Positions 26,460 through 40,311 of a stretch of DNA of 64,000 nucleotides are shown here, piece by piece. Position 1 is the first letter of the stretch. The number at the start of each line of letters is the position of its first letter. Source of the DNA: Anaeramoeba ignava BMAN (lineage: Eukaryota > Protista > Anaeramoebae). The notes beneath the pieces are model-generated. The model was given only the letters and a program-made list of their open reading frames with translations, made no database searches and had not been told where the DNA came from. Made by a program: the position numbers and the translations under genes. The DNA is taken from the NCBI GenBank assembly GCA_028826165.1, contig JAPDFW010000145.1, positions 1 to 64,000 of the forward strand, in the 5' to 3' direction.

Positions 26460-27062
26460 TTGATTTTCAGATTGATTTTAAGATTTATTTTAAGATTGAT
26501 TTTCAGATTTATTTTCAGATTTATTTTCAGATTTATTTTCAGATTTATTTTCAGATTTATTTTCAGATTTATTTTCAGATTTATTTTCAGATTTATTTTC
26601 AGATTTATTTTCAGATTTATTTTAAGATTTATTTTCAGATTTATTTTCAGATTTATTTTCAGATTTATTTTCAGATTGATTTTCAGATTTATTTTCAGAT
26701 TTATTTTCAGATTTATTTTCAGATTTATTTTCAGATTTATTTTTAGATTTATTTTAAGATTTATTTTCAGATTTATTTTGATTTATTTTCAGATTTATTT
26801 TCAGATTGATTTTCAGATTTATTTTCAGATTTATTTTCAGATTTATTTTCAGATTTATTTTCAGATTTATTTTCAGATTTATTTTCAGATTTATTTTAAG
26901 ATTTATTTTCAGATTTATTTTCAGATTTATTTTCAGATTTATTTTCAGATTGATTTTCAGATTTATTTTAAGATTGATTTTCAGATTGATTTTCAGATTG
27001 ATTTTCAGATTTATTTTCAGATTTATTTTCAGATTTATTTTCAGATTGATTTTCAGATTGAT
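26460..27062. repeat. 12-bp minisatellite (TTTTCAGATTTA)
   Basis: Tandem units with the same flanks as the other three arrays. Confidence 0.95.
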
Positions 27063-27332
27063 TTGATATTTATTTATTTGGCTTTTAAAAATGATTTAGA
27101 AACTATTGAATGAATAATTTACAAAACAAATGAATTGATTTATTTTCATTTAAGAAGACAAATAACACATAATTTATATTTATATTTATATTTATATTTA
27201 TATTTATATTTATATTTATATTTATATTTATATTTATATTTATATTTATATTTATATTTATATTTATATTTATATTTCTATTTCTATTTCCAATAAATAA
27301 AATAAAAAGAAATGATTTTTTATTTATTTATT

Positions 27333-29850
27333 TGTTAAATTTAGATTACATATTAATATAAATATTTATATTAATAATTAATTAATATTTAATAAATATT
27401 TTATTTATATTCATTATTTATAATTAATATTTATATCTATTTATTTATATTTATATTAATTTATTTTATTCAATTTATTTTAAAATATATTTAATTTAAT
27501 TTTTATTTTTTATTTTTTAATTTGTTAAATTTAGATTACATATTAATATAATATTTATTTATATTTTTTAATTAATATTTAATTAATTAATTTATTTTAT
27601 TTTAAATATTTATTTATATTCATTATTTATAATTAATATTTATATCTATTTATTATATTTAATTTAATTTATTTATTAAATTTATTTTTAAATATGATTT
27701 TATTTTATTTTTAATTTAATTTTTAATTTTTTATTTAAATTTAAATTTAGATTACATATTAATATAAATATAAATATTTATATTAATTAATATTTAATTA
27801 ATATTTTATTTATATTCATTATTTATAATTAATATTTATATCTATTTATTATATTATTTAATTTTAATTTATTCAATTTATTTTAAATATGATTAATTTA
27901 ATTTTATTTTTAATTTTTAATTTGTTAAATTTAGATTACAAATTAATATAAATATTTATATTATATTTAATTAATAATTTAATTAAATATTTTATTTATA
28001 TTCATTATTTATAATTAATATTTATCTATTTATTATATTTAATTTATTTATTCAATTTATTTTAAATATGATTAATTTAATTTTATTTTAATTTTTAATT
28101 TGTTAAATTTAGATTACATATTAATATAAATATTTATATTAGTATTTAATTAATATTTAATAAATATTTTATTTATATTCATTATTTATATAATATTTAT
28201 ATATTTATATCTATTTATTATATTTAATTAATTTATTCAATTTATTTTAAATATAATTAATTTAATAATTTTGAAATAAAATTATTATAAAAACAAAAAA
28301 ACAAAAAAACAAAAAAAAAAGGAAATAATTGAACTAATGAATTTTTAATTAAAAATAAAAAGGAGAAAAAATAAAATAAAAAATAAAAATAAAAAGGATA
28401 AAAGAGAAAAATAATTATTTTTTCCCTTTTATTTATTTTTTAATTTAAAATTTAATTAAATTTTTTTAATTAATTTTTATTTAAAATTTAAATTAATATT
28501 TAATTATAAATTATTGGAAAAATCAATCTAAAAATAATAAAATAACAAATAATTATTATTAATATCTATTCAATTATATTTAATTTATTTTTAATTTAAT
28601 TTTATTTTAATTTTTAATTTGTTAAATTTAGATTACAAATCAATATTAATATTTATATTAGTAATTAATTAATAATTAATAAATATTTTATTTATATTCA
28701 TTATTTATAATTAATATTTATATCTATTTATTATATTTAATTTATTTATTCATTTTATTTTAAATATGATTAATTTAATTTTATTTTAATTTTTAATTTG
28801 TTAAATTTAGATTACAAATTAATATAAATATTTATATTAATTTAAATTAATAATTTAATTAATATTTTTATTTATATTCATTATTTATAATTAATATTTA
28901 TATCTATTTATTATATTTAATTTAATTTATTAAATTTTATTTTAAAATAAAATTTAATTTAATTTAATTTTATTTTTAATTTTTAATTTGATAAATTTAG
29001 ATTACAAATTAATATAAATATTTATATTAATAATTAATTAATAATTAATTAATATTTTATTTATATTCATTATTTATAATTAATATTTATATCTATTTAT
29101 TATATTTAATTTAATTTATTAAATTTTATTTTTAAATATAATTAATTTAATTTTATTTTAATTTTTAATTTGTTAAATTTAGATTACAAATTAATATAAA
29201 TATTTATATTAATAATAAATTAATAATTTAATAAATATTTTATTTATATTCATTATTTATAATTAATATTTATATCTATTTATTATATTTAATTTATTTA
29301 TTAAATTTATTTTTAAATATGATTAATTTAATTTTATTTTAATTTTTAATTTGATAAATTTAGATTGTAAATTAATATAAATATTTATATTAATAATTAA
29401 TTAATAATTTATTAATATTTTATTTATATTCATTATTTATAATTAATATTTATATCTATTTATTATATTTAATTAATTTATTAAATTTATTTTTAAATAT
29501 GATTAATTTAATTTTATTTTAATTTTTAATTTGATAAATTTAGATTACAAATTAATATAAATATTTATATTAATAATAAATTAATAATTAATTAAATATT
29601 TTATTTATATTCATTATTTATAATTGATATTTATATCTATTTATTATATTTAATTTAATTTATTAAATTTATTTTAAATATAATTAATTTAATTTTATTT
29701 TAATTTTTAATTTGATAAATTTAGATTGTAAATTAATATAAATATTTATATTAATAATTAATTAATAATTAATAAATATTTTATTTATATTCATTATTTA
29801 TAATTAATATTTATATCTATTTATTATATTTAATTTATTTATTAAATTTA
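27333..29850. repeat. ~180-bp tandem satellite (interrupted at ~28270-28590)
   Basis: TTG(T/A)TAAATTTAGATTACAAATTAATATAAATATTT recurs, for example at 29351, 29531 and 29712. Confidence 0.9.
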
Positions 29851-32800
29851 AATTTAATAGGATAATCAATCAAAAAAATGAAAAATGAAAAAAAAAATAA
29901 AATTAAATGTTTTAAGAGAATAAATCTGAATTAATTTTCTTGATGATTGTATATATTAATTTCTTTTGTTATGAGATTTATTGTTATTTAAGATTAAAAA
30001 AAAATGGGATTTGATTGTAAAATTTTTTTTTCTAGTTTGTAATCAGAATAAAATAACATTTTCAACAACAAAAACAAAAACAAAAACAAAAACTTTGAAA
30101 CAATAAAAAAGACAGAAACAATTCAAAATAAACAAAGAAAAAACTTTGAAAAAATAAAAAATATATTCTCACATTCAAACAAGTTTTCAGGAAATCAAAA
30201 TAAAAAGAAAAATCAAAAAAAAAATATCCAATCAAGAAAAAAGAGAGAAATATTTCCTAAAAGGATTAAAACAGATCAGTTAAATTTCATTTCTTTATTG
30301 AGGATAATGGAATAAATGAAATTTTTTTTTTTCAAATTTTTGATTTTAAATTAAATATAATTTTTGATTCTTAATAAGGGTTTAGTTGAGAGAAAAACAA
30401 ATTAATTTGCAAAAAAAAATGAATGAATCTAATAAAAATGAAAGAGAAGGGAAAAAAATAATTTTAATTTATTCAATTTAAAAAAAAACACATTTTATTG
30501 ATTTGATTAATTTACTCAATTTTTCTTTTTTTTTTTTCTTGATTTTTGATTTTTTTCTTTTTTCCCGTAAAATGAGTTTTGAATTGAAGAGAAAAAAAAG
30601 TGATTATTTGCAATTTTAGATAAAATTTATTGAATCAAGTTTATTCAAATATGTATTCAAATTTTTAAAAAATATTTATAACTCACAAATGTATTGAATA
30701 TATATAATTTATTCAAATTTAGATTATAAATTTATATCTAATTAATAATTTATTAATATTCATTATTTATAATAAATATTAATTTCTATTTAATATATTT
30801 AATTTAATATTATTTATTTATTTAATTTATTAATTTCATTCTATTTTAAATATAATTTATTTAATAATTTTATTATTTTTAATTTTAATTTTTATTTTTA
30901 ATAACAAATTCAATCAAATAATAATTTACAAAAATTTAATATTTGCAAATTATTTAATAAAATATTTTTATCATTTAATTTTTTTTAATTGATTTTTATG
31001 ATTTTGTATTGATATTATTTGAAAATATATAAATATAAATATAAATATAAATTTTATTAAATTTTATTTTCTATTTTTGAAATAATGAATTAACATTTAT
31101 TTCTTTTCATTTATTATTATTATCATTTTCAATCCAAAAAAATAAAATAAAAATATATAAAAATATGAATAAAAATATATAAATAAAAATATATTTTATT
31201 TATTAAATATTTTTTGATTTGATTTTCTAATTCTTTTCCATTTTTTTTGGAATAATTAATATTTCTTTTATTCAAAATTTCATTTTAATTTCAATTCATA
31301 TTTATATTTTATTTATAAATAAATAAATAAATATTTTTAAATTTAATTCATTTTAATTTATTTTTATGAATTTAGGGGAAAATAAAAATATATAAATTTG
31401 AAATGAAAAATAATAAATCAAAAATGAATATATAATTAATAAATATATAATAATAAATATCAATTCAAAATATATAATATAAAATGTTTAAAAATAAAAA
31501 TAAATTTTTAAAAGTAGAAATCAAAATAAATAATATTTTTTATCAATTTTATTTCAATTTATATAAATATAAATCAAAAAAAATCAAAATTTATTCCAAT
31601 TTATATATTTCAATAATAAATATTAAATCAAAAATATATTTTATTAATTAAATATTCTTTTTTTTGATTTGATTTTCTAATTCTAATTCTTTTCCATTTT
31701 TGAATAATTAATATTTTTTATTCAAAAATTTCATTTTAATTTCAAACAAATAAATCAATAAAATAAATAAAAATAAAATAATATTTGAATTAATAATAAA
31801 ATAAAAATGAATATTAATTATATTATATAAATATAACAAATGAATATATAATTAATAAATATATAATAATAAATATCAATTCAAAATATATATAATGTAA
31901 AATGTTTAAAAATAAAAATAAATTTTTAAAAGTATAAATCAAAATAAATAATATTTTTTTTATCAACTTTAATTTCAATTTATATAAATATAAATCAAAA
32001 AAAAAATAAAAAAAATCAAATTTTATTCTAATTTATATATTTTAAACATTTTTCAATAATAAATATTAAATCAAAATATATATTCAAAATTAATATAATA
32101 ATATAATCAAATTTATTATCAATATTATATTAATAAATAATATAATAAATATAATATCAGAATAATAAATATATTAATAAAAATATATTTTATTAAATAT
32201 TCTTTTTTTGAATTTGATTTTTATTTTGTAATTCTTTTTATATTTTTAGAATAATTATTTATTTATTTTCATTTATTATTTTTATTCAAAATTTCATTTT
32301 AATTTCATTTACAATTTAATTTATTTTAAATCTAATTTAATTTCATTTTCATTTTCAATTTCAATTTAATTTAGATTTGAATTATAAAATATTTTAAATT
32401 AAAATTAATAAAAATTAATTAATATTAAAATAAATATTTAATTTATTTATTTATATTTTAAATTCAAAATTTGATTTAATAATTTATTTATATATATATA
32501 TTCATTTTATTTGATTTATTTATTTGATTTATTCTTTATTCATTAATTTAAATTTCAATTTAATTTATTGAAAATTTTGAAAACAAAAATAAATAAATAA
32601 ATAAATAAAAGATATTTTGAATTTAATTAAAAATAAAAAATAATTTTAATTTAAAGTTTAATTTAATTTAATTTAATTTAATTTAATTTAATTTAATTTA
32701 ATAAAAAGATAAAAATTTATTTTTTGAAATGGAGATTTAAAAATTTAAATTAAAAAAAAAAAAAAATGAAAAAGAATATAAAATTATTTTAAAAAAAAAG

Positions 32801-35140
32801 ATAAAAGTATTTTTGAAAAGATAAAAAGTATTTTTGAAATGGAGAAAATATAAAAAAATAAAAGGAGAAAAAAATAAATATAAAATTGATAGTTGTTTTA
32901 ATTATTTTTATTTCTTTATTATTTTATTATTTTATTATTTTATTATTCTTTTATCAAAAATATAAATAATATTTATAAATAATAATTTAATTTTAATTTC
33001 AAAAATAATTAATCTATAAAATATTAAATAATAATTAATATCAATTATTAATTCAATTATATTCAATTTTCAACTTAAAATTTAATTTTAATTTAATTTT
33101 CAATTACATTTCAATTTATATTTTGTAAACAATTTAATAAATATTTTTAATTGTAATTTATTTTATTTTCATTTTATTTTGTGTGTAAATAAATTTTGAA
33201 AAATCAAAAAAAATAAAATTAATAAAATAAATAAAAATAAATTTTGAAAATAATAATTGAATTATTAATAAAATAAAAAAATATTAAAATTAATTAATTA
33301 ATTAATTATAAATCAAAATTTATTATTATTAATTATTAAAATAAATAAATTTGAAATGAAAAATAATAAATAAAAATGAATATTAATTATATTATATAAA
33401 TATAATAAAATGAATATATAATTAATAAATATATAATAATAAATATTAATTCAAAATATATATAATGTAAAATGTTTAAAAATAAAAATAAATTTTTAAA
33501 AGTATAAATCAAAATAAATAATATTTTTTTATCAACTTTATTTCAATTTATATAAATATAAATCAAAAAAAAATAAAAAAAATCAAATTTTATTCTAATT
33601 TATATATTTTAAACATTTTTCAATAATAAATATTAAATCAAAATATATATTCAAAATCAATATAATAATGGAATCAAATTTATTATCAATATTATATTAA
33701 TAAATAATATAATAAATATAATATCAGAATAATAAATATATTAATAAAAATATATTTTATTAAATATTCTTTTTGGATTTGATTTTTATTTTAAAAATTC
33801 TTTTATATTTTTAGAATAATTATTTATTTATTTTCATTTATTATTTTATTCAAAATTTCATTTTAATTTCATTTACAATTTAATTTATTTTAAAAATATA
33901 ATTTAATTTCATTTTCATTTTTTCAATTTATTTTTCATTAAATTTTCAATTTAATTTTGAATTTAAATTTGATTTGAATTTAAATTTAATTTAATTTTAA
34001 TTTGATTTGAATTTAATTTAAAATTTGAATTTAATTTAATTTGATTTTATATATAAAAATTTGAATTTAATTTGAATTGAATTTAATTTGAATTTGATTT
34101 AAGATTTGAATTTAATTTGAATTTAATTTGATTTGAATTTAATTTAATTTAATTTGAATTTAATTTGAATTTTAATTTGAATTTTGAATTTATATTCAAA
34201 TTTAAATTTAATTTGGAATTTAATTTGAATTTAATTTAAATTTAAATTTATTTTTTTTGAATTTAATTTAATTTTAAAAAAAAAAAAAAAAATTTTAATG
34301 AAAATTTTCAAATTTTAATTTAATTTTAAAATTTTTTTTTTGATTTGAATTTTAAAACAAAAATAAAAATTTAAAAATTTGGTATATTTTAAATTTTTTT
34401 TTTTTTCAATTCATTTTTTAATTTTTTCAATTTCATTTTAAAAATTTTTCAATTATTTTTAAATTTCATTTTCAATTACATTTTCAATTACATTTTCAAT
34501 TACATTTTCATTTCATTTCATTTTCATTTTCAATTTCAATTTTCAATTACATTTTCAATTTCATTTTCAATTTCATTTTTTTCAATTTCATTTTCAATTT
34601 CAATTTATATTTTGTAAACAATTTAATAAATATTTTTAATTGTAATTTATTTTATTTTCATTTTATTTTGTGTATAAATGAATTTTGAAAAATCAAAAAT
34701 AAAATTAATAAAATAAATAAAAAATAAATTTTTGAAAATAATAATTGAATTATTAATAAAATAAAAAAATATTAGAATTAATTAATTAATTAATTATAAA
34801 ATCAAAATTTATTATTATTAATTATTAAAATAAATAAATTTGAAATGAAAAATAATAAATAAAAATGAATATTAATTATATTATATAAATATAATGAATG
34901 AATATATAATTAATAAATATATAATAATAAATATCAATTCAAAATATATATAATATAAAATGTTTAAAAATAAAAATAAAATTTTAAAAGTATAAATCAA
35001 AATAAATAATATTTTTATCAACTTTATTTCAATTTATATAAATATAAATCAAAAAAAAAATAAAAAAAAAATCAAATTTTATTCTAATTTATAAAAAGAA
35101 AAAAAAATAAAAATAAAAAAATAGAATAAATTAATAAAAA

Positions 35141-35443
35141 GTGAATAGTGCCCGCCTCCTCCCCGTTAACACCGACTTACAGCCGTTGTTACCAACCCTC
35201 AGGGTTGTCAAACCTCGATATTCGAAATGTCTTGTATGTTGTTTTGAATTACAAACTGAGATTTGTCAAACAAGTCTTTCATATGGATTTATTTATTTGT
35301 TTATTCGAAAGGAATCCTTTCTCATTAAATAAATCCTATTCGGATTTGTTTGACAAATCTCAGTTTGTCAAAAATACAAAAATTTTCGCTCGGTTGCTCC
35401 TCTTACCCCCCCTTTCACTAGTTCTCCCCCGTTCCCCTCACTA
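35141..35443. other. Unique GC-richer island C with a perfect 23-bp inverted repeat (pre-miRNA-like or MITE-like hairpin)
   Basis: ACAAACTGAGATTTGTCAAACAA (35251-35273) is the exact reverse complement of 35346-35368. Inner arm GGATTTATTTA/TAAATAAATCC, apex GAAAGG-AAT-CCTTTC, extra hairpin CAACCC-TCA-GGGTTG (35193-35207), C-rich flanks. Confidence 0.75.
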
Positions 35444-38400
35444 ATATGTGTTTGTGTTTTGATATACTTAATTTTTATATCTTGAAAAATGGGTTGAAAA
35501 TGGAGAATATTTATTTTCAATTTTTGTAAAAGTATTATCAATTATGGAAAAATTTATTAAAAAAAAACAAAAAGAATTGTTTTTATTTATTTATTTATTT
35601 ACAACAGAATGTAATTTAGATTTATTTTTCAATGAATTTATTTTAATATTAAATATCTTTTTTTTTCATTTATAAATCATTAAGAAAATAAAAAAAGAAA
35701 TGAAAATATTTTATTTTATTTTCCAACATTAAAAATATTATAAATTAATGAATAAATAATCAAATTATTATTATTATTACTTCTAATAATATATATAATT
35801 AATAAATATAAATCAAAAATGAAAAAAAAAAATAAAAAATATATATATTACAAACATTTTCAATAATAAATATCAATTTAATTATATTTAAAATTAATAT
35901 AATAATGTAATCAAATTTATTATCAATATTATATTAATAAATAATATAATAAATATAATATAAGAATAATAAATCTATTAATAAAAATATATTTTATTAA
36001 ATATTCTATTAAATATTCTTTTGGAATAATTAATATTTATTTTGATTTCATTTCTTTTGAAATTTCATTTTCATTTTCATTTTCAATTTCAATTTTGATT
36101 TACAATTAAATTTATTTTTAATCAATTTTGAATTTTGAATTTTAAATTTTAAATTGAAAAATCAAAAATAAATTTTATTCATTTTATTTTAAATTAAATA
36201 AAATAAAAAATATTAGAATTAATTAATTAATTAATTATAAATCAAAAATTTATTATTATTAATTATTAAAATAAATAAATTTGAAATGAAAAATAATAAA
36301 TAAAAATGAATATTAATTATATTATATAAATATAATGAATGAATATATAATTAATAAATATATAATAATAAATATCAATTCAAAATATATATAATGTAAA
36401 ATGTTTAAAAATAAAAATAAATTTTTAAAAGTATAAATCAAAATAAATAATATTTTTATCAACTTTTATTTCAATTTATATAAATATAAATCAAAAAAAA
36501 AATAAAAAAAATCAAATTTTATTCTAATTTATATATTTTTAAACATTTTTCAATAATAAAATATTAAATCAAAATATATATTCAAAATTAATATAATAAT
36601 GGAATCAAATTTATTATCAATATTATATTAATAAATAATATAATAAATATAATATCAGAATAATAAATATATTAATAAAAATATATTTTATTAAATATTC
36701 TTTTTGGATTTGATTTTTTATTTTGTAATTCTTTTTATATTTTTAGAATAATTATTTATTTATTTTCATTTATTATTTTATTCAAAATTTCATTTTAATT
36801 TCATTTACAATTTAATTTATTTTTAAATATAATTTAATTTCATTTTCATTTTCATTTTCAATTTCAATTTCATTTAGATTTGAATTATAAAATAAAATGA
36901 AATTAAATAAAATTAATAATTAATTAATATTAAATAAATATTCTATTTATATTCATTATTATTATTAATAACTATTTATATATCTATTCATTTTATTTAT
37001 TTATTTTTTATTTATTTATTTATTATTTATTCATTAATCTCATTTTAAATTAATTTATTGAAAATTTTGTAACAAAAATAAATAAATAAATAAATAAAAG
37101 ATATTTTGAAATTGAATTTAAAATTAAATAAAAAGTTGTTTAATTTAATTTAATTTAAGAATTTAATTTAATTTAATTTAATTTAATTTAATTTAATTTA
37201 ATTTAATTTAATAAAAAAGATAAAAAGTATTTTTGAAATGGAGAAAATAAAATTATAAATTAAAAAGGAGAAAAAAATAGAAAAGATAAAAAAATTTTTG
37301 AAATTGGAGAAAATATAAAAATAAAAGGAGAAAAAATAGAAAAGATAAAAAGTATTTTGAAAAGATAAAAAGTATTTTGAAATGGAGAAAATATAAAAAT
37401 AAAAGGAGAAAAAAAATAAATATAAAATTGATAATTGTTTTAATTATTTTTATTTCTTTATTATTTTATTATTTTATTATTTTATTATTCTTTTATCAAA
37501 AATATAAATAATATTTATAAATAATAATTTAATTTTAATTTCAAAAATAATTAATCTATAAAATATTAAATAATAATTAATATTAATATTAATTCAATTA
37601 TATTCAATTTTCAACTTAAAATTTAATTTAATTTAATTTTCATTTTCAATTTCAATTTATATTTTGTAAACAATTTAATAAATATTTTTAATTGTAATTT
37701 ATTTTATTTTCATTTTATTTTGTGTGTAAATGAATTTTGAAAAATCAAAAAAAATAAAATTAATAAAATAAAATAAAAATAAATTTTGAAAATAATAATT
37801 GAATTATTAATAAAATAAAAATATTAGAATTAATTAATTAATTAATTATAAATCAAAATTTATTATTATTAATTATTAAAATAAATAAATTTGAAATGAA
37901 AAATAATAAATAAAAAATGAATATTAATTATATTATATAAATATAATGAATGAATATATAATTAATAAATATATAATAATAAATATCAATTCCAAAATAT
38001 ATATAATGTAAAATGTTTAAAAATAAAAATAAATTTTTAAAAGTATAAATCAAAATAAATAATATTTTTTTTATCAACTTTATTTCAATTTATATAAATA
38101 TAAATCAAAAAAAAAATAAAAAAAAATCAAATTTTATTCTAATTTATATATTTTAAACATTTTTCAATAATAAATATTAAATCAAAATATATATTCAAAA
38201 TTAATATAATAATGGAATCAAATTTATTATCAATATTATATTAATAAATAATATAATAAATATAATATCAGAATAATAAATATATTAATAAAAATATATT
38301 TTATTAAATATTCTTTTTGGATTTGATTTTTATTTTGTAATTCTTTTTATATTTTTTAGAATAATTATTTATTTATTTTCATTTATTATTTTATTCAAAA

Positions 38401-39229
38401 TTTCATTTTAATTTCATTTACAATTTAATTTATTTTTAAATATAATTTAATTTCATTTTCATTTTTTGAATTTTTCAATTTGATTTATTTTGAATTTGAA
38501 TTTTAATTTGAATTTATTTTTAATTTTGAATTTGAATTTCAATTTAATTTGAATTTAATTTGATTTTGAATTTAATTTTAATTTGAATTTAATTTGAATT
38601 TGAATTTGAATTAAATTTGATTTGAATTTAATTTGAATTTAATTTGAATTTGAATTTGAATTTAATTTGAATTTTAATTTGAATTTTAATTGAATTTTCA
38701 ATTTAAATTTTCAATTTAATTTGAATCAATTTTAATAATAAATAAAATTTAAATCAATCAAATAAATTTGATTTTTATTTTTGATTTTTAATTATTTTAT
38801 TTTTGAATTAATTTTTTGAATTTATTTTAAATTCAATTTCAATTTAATTTAATTTAATTTAAAAAATTTTGAAAATTTAATTTTTAAATTTAAATTAATT
38901 TCAATTTACAAAAAATTTAAAATTAAAATTTTAAATTAAATTTAAATTCAAATTGAATTTAAAATTTTAATTATTTAAAATATTCAAATAAATTAAATTT
39001 TAAAATTAATTTCAATTTAATAAATTAATTAAATTAAAATTTCAATTAAATTAAATTAAATTTAAATTTAATTTTAAATTAATTTATAATTTAATTTAAA
39101 ATTAAATTAATTTAATTTAATTCAAATTAAATAAACAATTTAAATTAAAATTAAATTTAATTTCAATTTAATTTAATTTCAAAATTTAATTTAATTTAAT
39201 TTAACAATTTAATTTAATTAATTTAATTT

Positions 39230-39930
39230 ACAATTTAAATTCATTTAAATTTAATTCAATTTACAATTAAATTAAATAAATTAATTCAATTTACAATTAA
39301 ATTTAATTAAATTAAATTTAATTTAAATTAAATTTAAATTAAATTTAATTTAAAATTTAATTTTACAATTAAATTAAATTAAATAAATTCAATTTACAAT
39401 TAAATTAAATTTAAATTTAATTCAATTTAAATTAATTCAAATTAAATAAATTAATATTTCAATTTTTAATTAATTTAAATTTTTTATTTTAATTTTTCAA
39501 TTAATTTTAAATAAAATAAATTCAATTTTAACAATTTAAATAAATAAATTTTCAATTTCAATTAAATTAAATTAATTAATTTACAATTTTTAAAATAAAT
39601 AATTCATTTTCAATTAAATTAAATTCAATTTACATTTTCAAAAATTTTCAATTAAATTTCAATTAAATAAATAAAAATTCAATTTACAATTAAAATCAAT
39701 TTACAATTAAATCAATAAAAATTAAATTTAAATTAAATTAAATTTCATTTCAATTCAATTTACAAATTAAATAAAAAAATAATTCAATTTACAATTAAAT
39801 TAAATAAAATAATTCAATTTACAATTAAATTAAATAAATAATTCAATTTACAATTAAATTAAATTAAAATTTATAATTCAATTTCAATTCAATTAAATTA
39901 AATTCAATTTAAAATTTACAATTAAATCAA
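39230..39930. repeat. TTCAATTTACAATTAAA variable-linker minisatellite (degenerate or noisy copy)
   Basis: Same core as 43530-45730. Confidence 0.8.
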
Positions 39931-40283
39931 ATTAAATTTACATTTTGATTTTTCATTTTATTTATTTATCAAACGAATTTGTTTTAAACACTTATTTTTC
40001 AATTTTATTTGATTTTTTATTTGATTTTCATTGATTTGATTTTCAATTATTTTTGATTAAAACAAAACAAAACAAAAATAAATTTTTGAATAAAGTTATT
40101 TTATTATATTTTTATTTGATTTAATATAAAACAAGTATTTCACTTCAATTATAAAACAAAATTGAAGTATATTTTGAATTAATTTACAACATAATTATAT
40201 TTAATTTACATTTATTTCAATTCAAATTTATATTCAATTTCATTTATAGTTAATTTATAAAGGAAATAAAAGTAAATTAAAAT

Positions 40284-40311
40284 GGGGTTTGGGTTGAAGG
40301 GGCATAAGGGG
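40284..40311 (+). promoter_or_regulatory. G-quadruplex motif, copy 1
   Basis: GGGG-TTT-GGG-TTGAA-GGGG-CATAA-GGGG fits the G3+N1-7 x4 pattern. Confidence 0.6.

Noticed and set aside
35141-35444. 63-aa and 98-aa ORFs over island C; CACTA transposon; telomerase RNA
   Set aside because: The ORFs start at GTG with no protein motifs. TAGTG...CACTA is the inverse of CACTA termini. CAACCC is locked in a hairpin and lacks a 1.5-repeat template.
38700-39900. Apparently diverged repeat stretches (also ~19860-20200, 20900-21070, 34260-34450 and 47700-48200)
   Set aside because: Garbled versions of clean paralogs. More likely long-read consensus noise than biology.
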